NCBI GenBank assembly: GCA_964016885.1
Contig: OZ024742.1
Coordinates: 364,250,001-364,314,000 of the forward strand
Direction of reading: 5' to 3'
Source of the DNA: Eledone cirrhosa
Lineage: Eukaryota
DNA length: 64,000 nt
The notes beneath the pieces are model-generated. The model ran no database searches, had not been told where the DNA came from, and saw only the letters and a program-made list of their open reading frames with translations. A program made the position numbers and the translations under genes. Position 1 is the stretch's first letter. Each line of letters begins with the position of its first letter. Positions 1 through 11,656 of the stretch are shown piece by piece.

Positions 1-597
1 TCAATATTTAATTGATTAACTAAACATTTAATCATATTTAAACAATGGTTAAATTTCTCATATTATATTATATATATATATATTCCATTCATGATTATTA
101 ACATTTCTAATTTTATTTATTCATTTCATCTCAAATGTTAAGATAACTCAACAAGATATGACTTAGAGTTTACATTCTCTCTCCTTTCTATGTCTCCTCT
201 CTCTCTATCTTTTTCTTTCTGTTGTTCTGCTTTTTCTCTTTCTCTTTCTCCGTAACCCAACGGCTTATTTAAAAATATCCAATACTAACCTACCTAATAA
301 TATAATTAAAGCTATAACACCACTATCCGGGAGCTTCCAACAGTAATGGTTGCATTCTTTAAGGGTATGTCAATATTTATTTATAAAACTGTTCTATATT
401 ATATTTTATCTGATGAAAGCACACCATAATTTAACTTGGTGTCTTTGAAATATGTATAATGAAATAAATATGGTTTTATAAATATAGTTTCCATTTGTTA
501 ATATCGTATTTTTACTGCAAATATTTGTTGACTGCTTTATATCAGTTATACAATTATTTGCTTGTTGTATCCCAACAATTTAAATAGAACTTTTACA
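1..597 (+). mobile_element. Penelope-like pseudo-LTR remnant (family H1)
   Basis: Contains a hammerhead motif followed by AATAAA; 362-595 is homologous to 3789-4172; ends at a (TA)n tract; the 5' limit is not visible. Confidence 0.6.
402..466 (+). ncRNA. Minimal type-I hammerhead ribozyme
   Basis: TATTTTAT-CTGATGA-AAG(C)ACACCA..TGGTGTCTTT-GAAA-TATGTA-TA-ATGAAATA; stems I and II pair, and stem III is minimal with a near-palindromic loop. Confidence 0.8.
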
Positions 598-620
598 TAT
601 ATATGTATATATATATTTTT

Positions 621-746
621 AAATAACAGATTAAAGTTTAAGCAAAGAATCGCTGCTTTCACCATGAACGTAAGGGTGACAGCAGCGATTCTTTGCTTAA
701 ATCGAACCCTCTTTGGATTTTAGTCTTGATATTTATTATTATTACT
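621..746. mobile_element. Short fold-back PLE pseudo-LTR remnant (family H2)
   Basis: TTTAAGCAAAGAATCGCTGCTTTCACC with its reverse complement about 13 nt later; same family as 1816-2028, 48891-48975 and 53352-53775. Confidence 0.65.
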
Positions 747-1016
747 ATATATATATATAAATATATGGAAAAAAAAGAAAGGAAATTTCATTTCTCACTC
801 TTAGTACAGCTGATACTCAAATATAAGTATGTATACGTACATACATATATGTATACAGACGTACAGTAGTATGTATATACATACATACATGCACACATAT
901 ATATATGTACGTAAGGGTTTACCGAACATTTATTATAATGCTCCTCGGTTTGTTTTAAACAAACAGGCCGAACACTATACCGCTAATAATTTTCGGGCTG
1001 TTTGTTTACAAATGAT

Positions 1017-1083
<67 letters not shown>

Positions 1084-1084
1084 A

Positions 1085-1128
<44 letters not shown>

Positions 1129-1282
1129 CATACGCGGGTGTGTATGATTGTGTATAGAAGATTATATTAATAAAAGGAATTCTAGTTTTGTCTGATTTTC
1201 TCGTTTTGTTTACAATCCTTTAAAACGTATAATGGTATTAGAAAGAAATAGTATGGTAGAATATTAAATGTTAAGTGTTAAT

Positions 1283-1321
1283 TGAACAAGTACTTTCATG
1301 CTTTCGTAATCTTCAGGTTCA
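1283..1321 (-). ncRNA. Minimal hammerhead ribozyme in a PLE remnant
   Basis: Minus strand TGAAC-CTGAAGA-TTACGAAAGCAT-GAAA-GTAC-TT-GTTCA; palindromic GTAC loop; stem II degraded. Confidence 0.6.
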
Positions 1322-1729
1322 TATTCTGTGGTGACAGTCAAGTTTGCAATTTTCAACTGATAAGGAAATACAAAGTAGTCTAGATGTTAAAGTCCCTTAT
1401 TGATAAGGCCGTCATACAGATTTCGATCACGACAGTCGGCCTGCGATTGTGCATTTCCAAGGCGACGGGCATTTGCTTCAAGAACATCTTGTTTGTTCGT
1501 CCCCTTGTCACTTCAATTTAGGTTTACCGCCTGATTGTAATCTTATTATGTAAGAAGCTGTCAGATGAGATCATGGCCCTGTGTACTACACGGATTTGCG
1601 TGACCACTGTCGACATCGAAATATGTAAATCTAATCTAATTTCTATTTCCTTATTCTAAAAATACTCCGTCATTCCTATGTGGATAAATGTACGTTGAGT
1701 GCTTGAATTGAATTACATCAATATTTACC

Positions 1730-1800
<71 letters not shown>

Positions 1801-1815
1801 TATGTGTGTGTGTAT

Positions 1816-2028
1816 AGTAATAATAATAAATTTGAAGTCTAAAATCCAAAGAGGGCTCGATAAGGATAAATATATATCAAATACATAAGAACCCTAGAGC
1901 AAATATTTATTAAAATAACAGATTAAAGTTTAAGCAAAGAATCGTTGCTTTCACCCTTAACGGGATCTTCTGAAGATCTTGTTAAGGGTGAAAGCAACGA
2001 TTCTTTGCTTCAACTTTAATCTGTTCTT
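1816..2028 (-). mobile_element. PLE pseudo-LTR remnant (H2) with a near-perfect 54-bp hairpin
   Basis: 1917-1970 and 1972-2025 are reverse complements with a 1-nt loop; 1816-1970 matches the reverse complement of 53620-53775; flanked by (TA)n. Confidence 0.7.
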
Positions 2029-2779
2029 ATAATATATATATACATATATATATATACATATATATATATATGTATGTGTGTGTATATAAAATAAGAATAT
2101 AGAATATGATATGACCTGGAGTGTGCTCAAAAGAGCCACCCCTTATCAAAATAATAGAAATGAATGTAGATTATGTTCCCAAGAACTATTTGAAATAATG
2201 AAATCTAAGGATATCCTATTAAATAAACGACAGGAATTAATTATATCGTGTAATCATAAACTAAGAAAAACATTTAAATATTATAAACCTAATTAATAAC
2301 ATTATTTTAGAAATTAATATATAATTTAATTTAAATGTTAGTTAACCTATAAATTTAATTTAATTAAAATTCTACTACAGATGAGATTATAAAATATTGT
2401 GTAATCATAAATTGTGAAAAACTTTTAAATATTACTAATATATACTTCGTAAATTAATTTATAGATTAATTTTAATTTATTTAACCTTTTATTAAAATTC
2501 CTTTACAGATTAAATATAACAAAATATCGTGTATTCAATAACAGAGAAATATTTTTTAATATTATAGACCTAATTATTGTACATTTTAGAAATATATTTA
2601 TAATTTGGTTTTAATTTGGTTAACCTAAAAATTTAATTTAATTGGCTTAAAATTAAAATCCTAATACAGATGGATTGCAGAGTGTCATGTAATCATAGAC
2701 TGAGATAGGTTTTGGATGTATACCTAGTTAATATATTCTTTGCAATTTTTGAAAACATATGTATATATATATGTATATG

Positions 2780-2834
<55 letters not shown>

Positions 2835-3512
2835 GTGTATATATATATATGTGTATATATTAATTTTAATTTCTGTTTACCTATAATTATATTCTACTAT
2901 AGATAAAATACAATATCTGTTTTAATTATTATAAACCTAATTAACATATACTATAGAAATTAATATATAATTTTTAATTTAGTTAACCTATAATTTATAT
3001 TCTACTACCGATGTAATACTTTATTTGGTTTTTTTCCCTATTACTAAATTCATTTCCTAATATTGATACCATAACGTTAATAATTTTAATTTAGTTATAC
3101 TATAATTAATACTCTACTACTATTTAACTTCAAAATTCCGCTTCAAATATTATAAACCTAAGTAGTATACACCTTAGAAATCAATATATTAACTATCTTT
3201 AATTTAGTTAACCTATAATTAATAGTCTATTTATATTAAAATGCATAATTTTGCCTTCTTTCTTACATTTCCTAATACTGAAACTACTATGTAAACACAT
3301 ATTATGATCTAAATGCAGATTAATATTCTATGTTTCTTGAAACCTATATTTACTATAATCCCCTCCCCCCCCACCCCAGCCCTATTATTATTTGTATTTG
3401 TAAGCGTGGATGTATGTATGTATATGTAGGTAGGTATGTATGTTTGGGTGTTTGTATGTGAGTATAAAAATACATATGTGCGCATGTAAATAAGGGTGTA
3501 TGATTGTGTGTA

Positions 3513-3627
<115 letters not shown>

Positions 3628-3737
3628 CTATGTATTTATGTGGGTATATGTGTGTATGTATATGTATGCGCATGTATACGTCTATGTGTATATGTGTGTA
3701 TGTGTATATATGTACGTATGTGCGCATGTATATGTGA

Positions 3738-3788
<51 letters not shown>

Positions 3789-3791
<3 letters not shown>

Positions 3792-4169
3792 GATATTGAA
3801 TGAATGGAGGCTGTATTTGTAGGGCCATGTTTGTTTCATTATATATGTTTCAGGGATGTCATATTGACGATGTGTTGTGCCTTCTTCAGACAAAATACAA
3901 TATAGACAGTTTTATAAATAAATAGATTTGACATACCGTTCAACATCGACTTGTATTTGAAAAGTTGATTTGGCAGTATTTTGTCTGAGGAGGGCATAGC
4001 ATATTGTTAGTGTGATGTCCCTGAGGTATGTATGATGAGATAGATATGGTTTTGTAGATGTAGTTTCCATTTATTTGGTATCGTAAATATACTCCAAATA
4101 CTTGTTGAGTGCTTTTATATCAGTTATAAATATTTACCAGTTGCAACCCAACAATTTAAATATAACTTT

Positions 4170-4172
<3 letters not shown>
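3789..4172 (+). mobile_element. Fold-back PLE pseudo-LTR (H1) with A->G hypermutated arms (3789-3898 and 3976-4085)
   Basis: Ungapped 110-bp inverted repeat with 34 mismatches, all G.U-type; homologous to 362-595; inserted in (TA)n. Confidence 0.85.
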
Positions 4173-4209
<37 letters not shown>

Positions 4210-4249
4210 AGTTGATGTGTGTATGTGTATATATATATGTATGTATATG

Positions 4250-4296
<47 letters not shown>

Positions 4297-4737
4297 ATGT
4301 GTGTGTATATGTATGTGTGTGCATATTTGTCTGACTGTGTGTATTAATTTATTTATTTATTTCTTTATTTTATTTCTTTATTTTTATATATATATGTATA
4401 TATATATATATATATATGTATATGTATGTGTGTGTATATATATGTATGTGTGTATGTGTGTGTATGTATATATGTGTGTGTGTATGTGTGTATATATTTA
4501 TATGTGTATATATATCTCTATTTATATATGTATATATGTGTATGTATATCCCTTTATTTATGTATGTCTGAGTTATGTGAGCGTGTGGTTGTGTTTATAT
4601 GTGTATACGCATACATGGATGTGTATGTATGTGTATATATGCGTATATGTATGTGTGTATGTGTGTGTGTGTATATATGTATATCTATGTATGAGTATGT
4701 ATGTGTATGTATGTGTATATATATATGTATGTGTATA

Positions 4738-4798
<61 letters not shown>

Positions 4799-4807
4799 TA
4801 TATTATA

Positions 4808-4840
<33 letters not shown>

Positions 4841-4872
4841 CTTTGTATGTGTGTATGTGTATATGTGTGTTT

Positions 4873-4923
<51 letters not shown>

Positions 4924-4991
4924 GGTATGTATGTGTATGTGTGTATATACATGAGTGTGTTTATATATGTGTATAGATATATGTGTATATA

Positions 4992-5040
<49 letters not shown>

Positions 5041-5235
5041 TGTGAATGTATATATATATCTATGTGTGTATGTGTATATATATATGTGTGTATATATGTA
5101 TATGTCTATGTATTTATATATGTATATGTATGTGTCTCTATATGTATGCGTGTGTGTATGTGTATATGTATTTATATGGTGTGTGTATGTATATGTATGT
5201 GTTTATGTATATGTGTATGTATATGTATGTATGTG

Positions 5236-5275
<40 letters not shown>

Positions 5276-5316
5276 TGTATATGTATGTATATCGATGTAT
5301 ATTTTACATTTTACTT

Positions 5317-5398
<82 letters not shown>

Positions 5399-5420
5399 GT
5401 ATATATATGTATATATATAT
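4172..5420. repeat. Compound (TA)n/(TG)n/(TATG)n microsatellite
   Basis: Low-complexity dinucleotide patchwork. Confidence 0.95.
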
Positions 5421-5983
5421 GTTTTCTTAATATTTTTCTTTTTTCTTTTTTCTTTTTCTTTTTATTTCTAAATTTATAGATACATTTATAAATAGGCAGT
5501 TTGCTGACACCGGTAAATACTGACCTCTCCCCCCCCCACCTACTTTCTGTATCTGGATCTAAATATGTGTGGCAGTGTTTATGTGCGCGCATTAATGTCC
5601 ATATGCTTATGATAATAGTATATACACATATATGTGTGTGGGGGTGTGAAGACGGAATATATATGTGTTGGTATATATATTTAATTTTGATAGTTTGTAT
5701 AATTTTGTATAATTTTGTACATAGATCTGTTGAATATGCATGCCAATTCTAACACATATATATCCTAGAAACGATCGTTAAATAATGAACTTTTTTTGTT
5801 TAATATAAGGAACTGTTTCATTGTTTTATTCATTATTTTTTTTATATTTTATCTTGACTCTGTATTCCGTCTATCTTTCACCGAAAGTGATTTTTCATTG
5901 CATCTCTTCTTTCCATGATATCCGGATTACATTGAGTTCTTCATACGGATTGGACACTACCGTAAACTCTTGGTAGATTTATC

Positions 5984-6035
<52 letters not shown>

Positions 6036-7169
6036 GGGGGGGCGTATTTATATATATATGTATATGTGTGTGTGTGTGTGTATTTATATATATACATATA
6101 TATGTGTGTGTGTGTGTATTATATATATATGTGTGTGTATGTGCGTGTATGTGTGTAAATAAGCAAATAGGACGGTCAAACATCTCTATCTGATCGTAGA
6201 GACACTTAGATCAACGTAAAGTAATGTACAATTGTCGCAATGCGTAAATAATACACTCGGAAAACAAAGCCAAGAATGAACGAAACCTCCGGGGGATGAG
6301 CCTATTGAATGCCAATCTGGTAACTAATACACACATTAAAAGAAAGCCAATTAGAAATTAGATGTCTATCCTCGATCCAAGCCATTATCCATCATTCCTA
6401 CCCCAGGCTTCATCCATATTTCTTGACTAATGCTCCATAAACCTAACCACCAAACCACTTTAAACCAGTAAATGGGAGACATTTCTTCAAACTGCAGCTG
6501 TCATATTACACTTTCTGTATAATAATTAACAAAATACAATAATTTGTCAATAATGACTGTTTACTTTGAAGTTAGACTAAATTACGTAAGATGTATGTAA
6601 AGATTCATGCAACATTTATTATGTTACCTGATGTTTCAAGACAAAGCTGTGGATATCACAATGGTACAGTTATTAGTTAGTGTGTGTGCATGTTCGATTA
6701 TTTGTCGAAGTGTGTTACTGCCATATAAGATGTTAGAAATCCTACGACAAATACTAAGGACTCTCAATATTTTTGAAGTTATTTGGTGTTTTAAGAATTG
6801 CTTTATAAGAGCCTGTGCCGATGGCTAGGTCCCACGTCAACGAACTTGACGTTAAAGTGGTGTGGTTCCGACTGTAATCCTAAGCGCCACAGTGCAAATA
6901 GTTTCTATTGAAATGTTATTGGAGTTAGCAAATGAATAGACATCGCTATAGCGAGATAAACAAAGACGGTCGTCCCAGTTTAGACCAAGAGGTTCTTTGG
7001 GTGAAATTTCTCTTAAGAAAATGATGAAAATACAAGTTAGCCAGATAGAGGCACTCGTTATACATAATCATTTCGAATTACTGGTTGTTAATGTAACAAG
7101 AACTACGGACAGACACTAAAGTCTTGGTGGTCTGCCAGGTCTCAGCACCGAGGACACTCACCCCCCCCC

Positions 7170-7200
<31 letters not shown>

Positions 7201-7201
<1 letters not shown>

Positions 7202-8118
7202 GTCTAGCGTGGGTAAAATTCCCGAGATCAATGGACGAGTTCTCTTCAGCGGTCTCTGTCCCTCATTGTCGCTGCCATGTCCTGCGGCTCCAAGAGACCA
7301 GTGTCTGTCTTTAGGGCATCAACATATGTTAACCTCGGTCTTATCCAGTGTGTCCGTACAGCTCTGAGTTCTTCATCCTCAGAGTATACTGTTTAATGTT
7401 CAGCGCCACCCTCGGCATCCTCCTGTAGCATCCATCCACCATCTGAGTGAGTCTCTTGCTCAGTGTCCAGGTCTCAGACCCGTACAGCAGCACAGACTAC
7501 ACTACAGCAACGAAGAGACGGATCTTCAGGTCTTTACGAAGTTCCGGCTCCCACACCGATCTCAAACTGTGGCACACCGCCCAGGCTTTCCTCTTCCTCT
7601 CTACCACATCATCTTCCGTATTCCCAATCTTTGCTCCCAAATACAGGAAGTCCTCAACCTGAGGAAGATCTTATAGGCTTATGGAATCCCCAAGTTAGTG
7701 GACCTGATATAACTGCTCTACACCAACGCTAAAGCTCAAGTCATTACATCTGATGGGATGACAGAGTTCTTTGAGATACTGGCTGGAGTGGTCCAGGGAG
7801 ATACATTGCCTCCCTAACTTTTTATCATTGCAGAAGACTATTGTATGTGCCTTGCACTGGAGAAACACCAGGACTCTGGCTTTAATGTAACACCAGCTCA
7901 GAGCAGGAGAGTTAAGGTGAAAAGGATATCGAATGCTGAATTTGCCGACGACATAGTTCTGATGACAAACACGGTGAAGGAGGCAGAGGATTTAATGCAG
8001 GAGTTGGAGACCGTGTCGATGAGTGTGGGGCTGAGAATGAATGAGATTAAGACGAAGTATCTGGTAGAGAATATTAAGAAGCCGGAGAAGATTACTACTG
8101 TAGGCTGGAAGCCGCTAG
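7201..8118 (-). mobile_element. Degenerate RTE-clade LINE with inverted 5' segment
   Basis: The + segment 7665-8118 encodes RT (GVVQGDTL, EFADDIVL, ..KPLE); the - segment 7660-7201 continues it (VEDFLYLGAKI..KIRLFVAVV*SVLLYGSETWTL); in-frame stops present. Confidence 0.8.
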
Positions 8119-8348
8119 AAATATATATATATAATTTCGTTTCTGAAATTGTTTAGCAAGATTCTTTATCTGAAATCCTGTGTTGAAACCGATATTGTTA
8201 TACTTTGGGAGGGTCATGTTGCCAATAAGAAACAGACGCACCAGTTGCTTTCACTTCAATTTATTATAATAAATTTATAATAAATTTATAAATTTATAAA
8301 TTTCTGGTTGGTTGGTTGGTTCCACAACCAGATAGTTGTTTATATATT

Positions 8349-8391
8349 GTCATAGTTCTTTCGTCACACACTCTGTGACCTCTTCAGTGAC
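8349..8391 (-). ncRNA. Minimal hammerhead ribozyme
   Basis: Minus strand GTCA-CTGAAGA-GGTCACA-GAGTG-TGTGAC-GAAA-GAAC-TA-TGAC. Confidence 0.8.
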
Positions 8392-8683
8392 TGGGGATTC
8401 CTTTCTTTGTTTCTGTGCCTCTCCTTTGTTCTGTGCTACGCCATTTTGTTTCTGTGTGTGTGTTGTGTGCTCAGTCTGCGCATGCGCCACATCTGGGTGT
8501 CTGTGTATGTTTATGTTCATTTATTTATTTGTTTATTTACATGTTACTGGTTGGTTGTTTGTTCTATGTGTGTGTGTGTTTTCATTTTGTTCTTAATTAT
8601 AAGTTGTGATGTTGCTGTTCAACTCATATTTTCTATTTAATTTTGGTTGTAATTCTTTTATGTTTATTGCCTCTGTTATTTGT

Positions 8684-10005
8684 CTAAACATTGCGTCTTT
8701 TCTGTGTGTAGATTCTATTTTTTATTTCTATGTTCTCTAATTTACCCTTGTGTTCTATTTTAGCATGTTGGTAGAGTACAGATGATTCTTTACTATCTTG
8801 AAGGTCTCGCCAGTGTTCATTTAATCGTTCCCCTACACTACGAGCTGTCTCACCCATGTACACTATATTTTTGTCTCTACATTGTCCTTCAGTACATCTT
8901 ATGCTATACACTACATTTCTAGTTTTACAGTTAATATGGGGGCTTATTTTACAGGTTATACATTTCTTATCTATACATGAGGGTCTTTGAAAAGGGTATG
9001 TCTTGCTAATAAGTGTTTTTACGGAGGTACCTGGTCTTTCTACTATCTTAATATTGAGTTTATGTTTATTTAGGGCCCTTCTAAATTTGTAGGCTAATTC
9101 ACCTCTATGGGTTGTATCGATGAACATTACACTCTGGTATTTATTGCTATCATACCATTAGTTTATTCTATTAGCCTTGTTCCTAGTTCTTTCTATTCTA
9201 TTCCAAAATTTGCTCCTATACAAGGGGCAGGTCCCATTTATGTCATTATTTACCATTTTTTCCCATTTGGTTCTGGCTCCTCTATACACTCTGATTTTAT
9301 CTCTCTCATTGTAGCCAGAGAACTGCATACGGTGGATGAAGTGTTGTATGTGTCTCTCTAGATCTTCGGGGTTGCACATGCCGGACACATTTCTCATCAC
9401 CCGTACCAAATCCGCATTCAGTATGTTGATTTTGGTATGGTCCGAAACGGCCGTGTTTCGGTGGATCAGATGTTTGGAAGTCATGAGTTTGGCATAATGG
9501 GAATGGAGGATTTGTTTTTTGTTATTAATGGTATCTAACCAGAGCTCTGTGTCTAGTACAGGTAATCGATGGTTGGGGTGTTTACTTGGGTAGTCTATAG
9601 TAACTCTAATGCTCTGGTGGATGGAGTTAGCTATTGGCTGGATGCTTTCCATTGTGTTTTTTCTCTAGTTCCTGACTGTTCTCTAGTGGGGGTGTCTTAA
9701 CTACGATGTTTATATCATCAAAGTAGCGGGAGTACATTATCAGGGTTAAGGGGTCTTCTAATTGTTCTTTAAGTTTAAGTTTAAGTCTACTGTCCCCCAC
9801 CATACCATGAATAAGTTAGCTATGTCGCCTGCAATGCTAACACCAATGGCTGCTCCTTACTCTTGGGCATATGTTTTTCCATTAAATTTGAGCATATGTT
9901 CCTTAAGGGTTAGTTTTATGCTGGCCCCTACCGCATGTGCAATCATTTTCTTCAGTTCATCGTGGTTTTCGGGTGTCCGTATGGCTCTGGTCCACCCGTT
10001 CCATC
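8684..10005 (-). pseudogene. Frameshifted Penelope RT + GIY-YIG ORF fragment
   Basis: ORF pieces 9158-9652 and 8684-9127 lie in different frames; RT motifs occur upstream. Confidence 0.85.
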
Positions 10006-10707
10006 TATCTACAAATTTAGAAGGGCACTAGATAAACATAAACTCAATATTAAGATAGTAGAAAGTCCAGGTACCTCCGTAAAAACACTTATTAGCAAGA
10101 CATACCCTTTTCAAAAACCCTCATGTATAGATAAGAAATGTATAACCTGTAAAATAAGCTCCCATATTAACTGTAAAACTAGAAATGTAGTGTATAGCAT
10201 AAGATGTACTGAAGGACAATGTAGAGACAAAAATATAGTGTACATAGGTGAGACAGCTCGTAGTGTAGGGGAACGGATAAATGAACACTGGCGAGACCTT
10301 CAAGATAGTAAAGAATCATCTGTACTCTACCAACATGCTAAAATAGAACACAAGGGTAAATTAGAGAACATGATATAAAAATAGAATCTACACACAGAAA
10401 AGACGCAATGTTTAGACAAATAACAGAGGCAATAAACATAAAAGAATTACAACCAAAATTAAATAGAAAATATGAGTGGAACAGCAACATCACAACTTAC
10501 AATTAAGGACAAAATGAAAACACACACACACATAGAACACACAACCAACCAGTAACATGTAAATAAACAAATAAATAAATGAACATAAACACACACAGAC
10601 TACCGGATGTGGCGCATGCGCAGACTGAGCACACAACACACACACAGAAACAAAATGGCGTAGCACAGAACAAAGGAGAGGCACAGAAACAAAGAAAGGA
10701 ATCCCCA

Positions 10708-10750
10708 GTCACTGAAGAGGTCACAGAGTGTGTGAAGAAAGAACTATGAC
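10708..10750 (+). ncRNA. Hammerhead ribozyme, inverted-arm copy
   Basis: Same as 8349-8391 with a C->A change at the base of stem II. Confidence 0.7.
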
Positions 10751-10911
10751 AATATATAAACAACCATCTGGTTGTGGAACCAACCAACCAACGAGAAATT
10801 TATAAATTTATAAATTTATTATAAATTTATTACAATAAATTGAAGTGAAAGCAACTGGTGCGTGTGTTTCTTATTGGCAACATGACCCTCCCAAAGTATA
10901 ACAATATATAT

Positions 10912-11604
10912 ATGATATAAAACGAAAAATCATTGATGCGTCTGAACTCAATTTATTGTGTGTTACAATTGTTTCGCCGGCCAACAACTCGAGACGCGGT
11001 CATTGTGTGGATCTGTCTGATTCTGGACCCGCAGGTTCGACGGACACGTCTAATGATTCGGAGCAAAATCTTTCACTGAGGTGTGAGCGTCAAAAACATC
11101 CTCTTCGCGTGTCCTGTTATTGGCTGCTGCTTTTCTACGTCATCGTAAATCTGACCAACAGGTGTGAATTCTACTGACCATCAGCTGTCCCTTTCTGCCA
11201 CACTTCGATGATTTACTACTGGGTTTGGTAGTTCACATGTCCACGCGCGCACTCACACACACATATACACACACGCACACACACACACACACACGCACAC
11301 ACACACACAATCACACAATCACATAGATAACAACATCCGTACGCAGAGACTCCCGCTATACACACACACTTAAGGAGAACATATAAAAAAACCCATAGAC
11401 ATACGCATACACAGACGCCTGCCTACATGCCCATATACAGGCACAGATACAGACTCGCTCACAAACACACACACCCACACACATATATACATATATATAC
11501 ACACATACACACACACACACATATATATATACATACATATATATACATATACACATATATATATATACACACACAAACAAGCCCTTTCGCTACTTTGTGT
11601 GCTT

Positions 11605-11656
<52 letters not shown>

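Larger units (their letters stand above)
8135..10907 (-). mobile_element. 5'-truncated Penelope-like element with ~900-bp inverted arm
   Basis: Minus-strand RT remnants (GAAIGVSIAG, YSRYFDDI, DYPSKH..LPVLD) and C-terminal GIY-YIG (CxxC..NVVYSIRC..YMGETARS..RLNEH); 8192-9092 is the reverse complement of 10009-10907. Confidence 0.9.

Noticed and set aside
1405-1630. Weak inverted similarity and a CAGATGA..GAAA motif
   Set aside because: Stem I does not pair and the similarity is too short to call.
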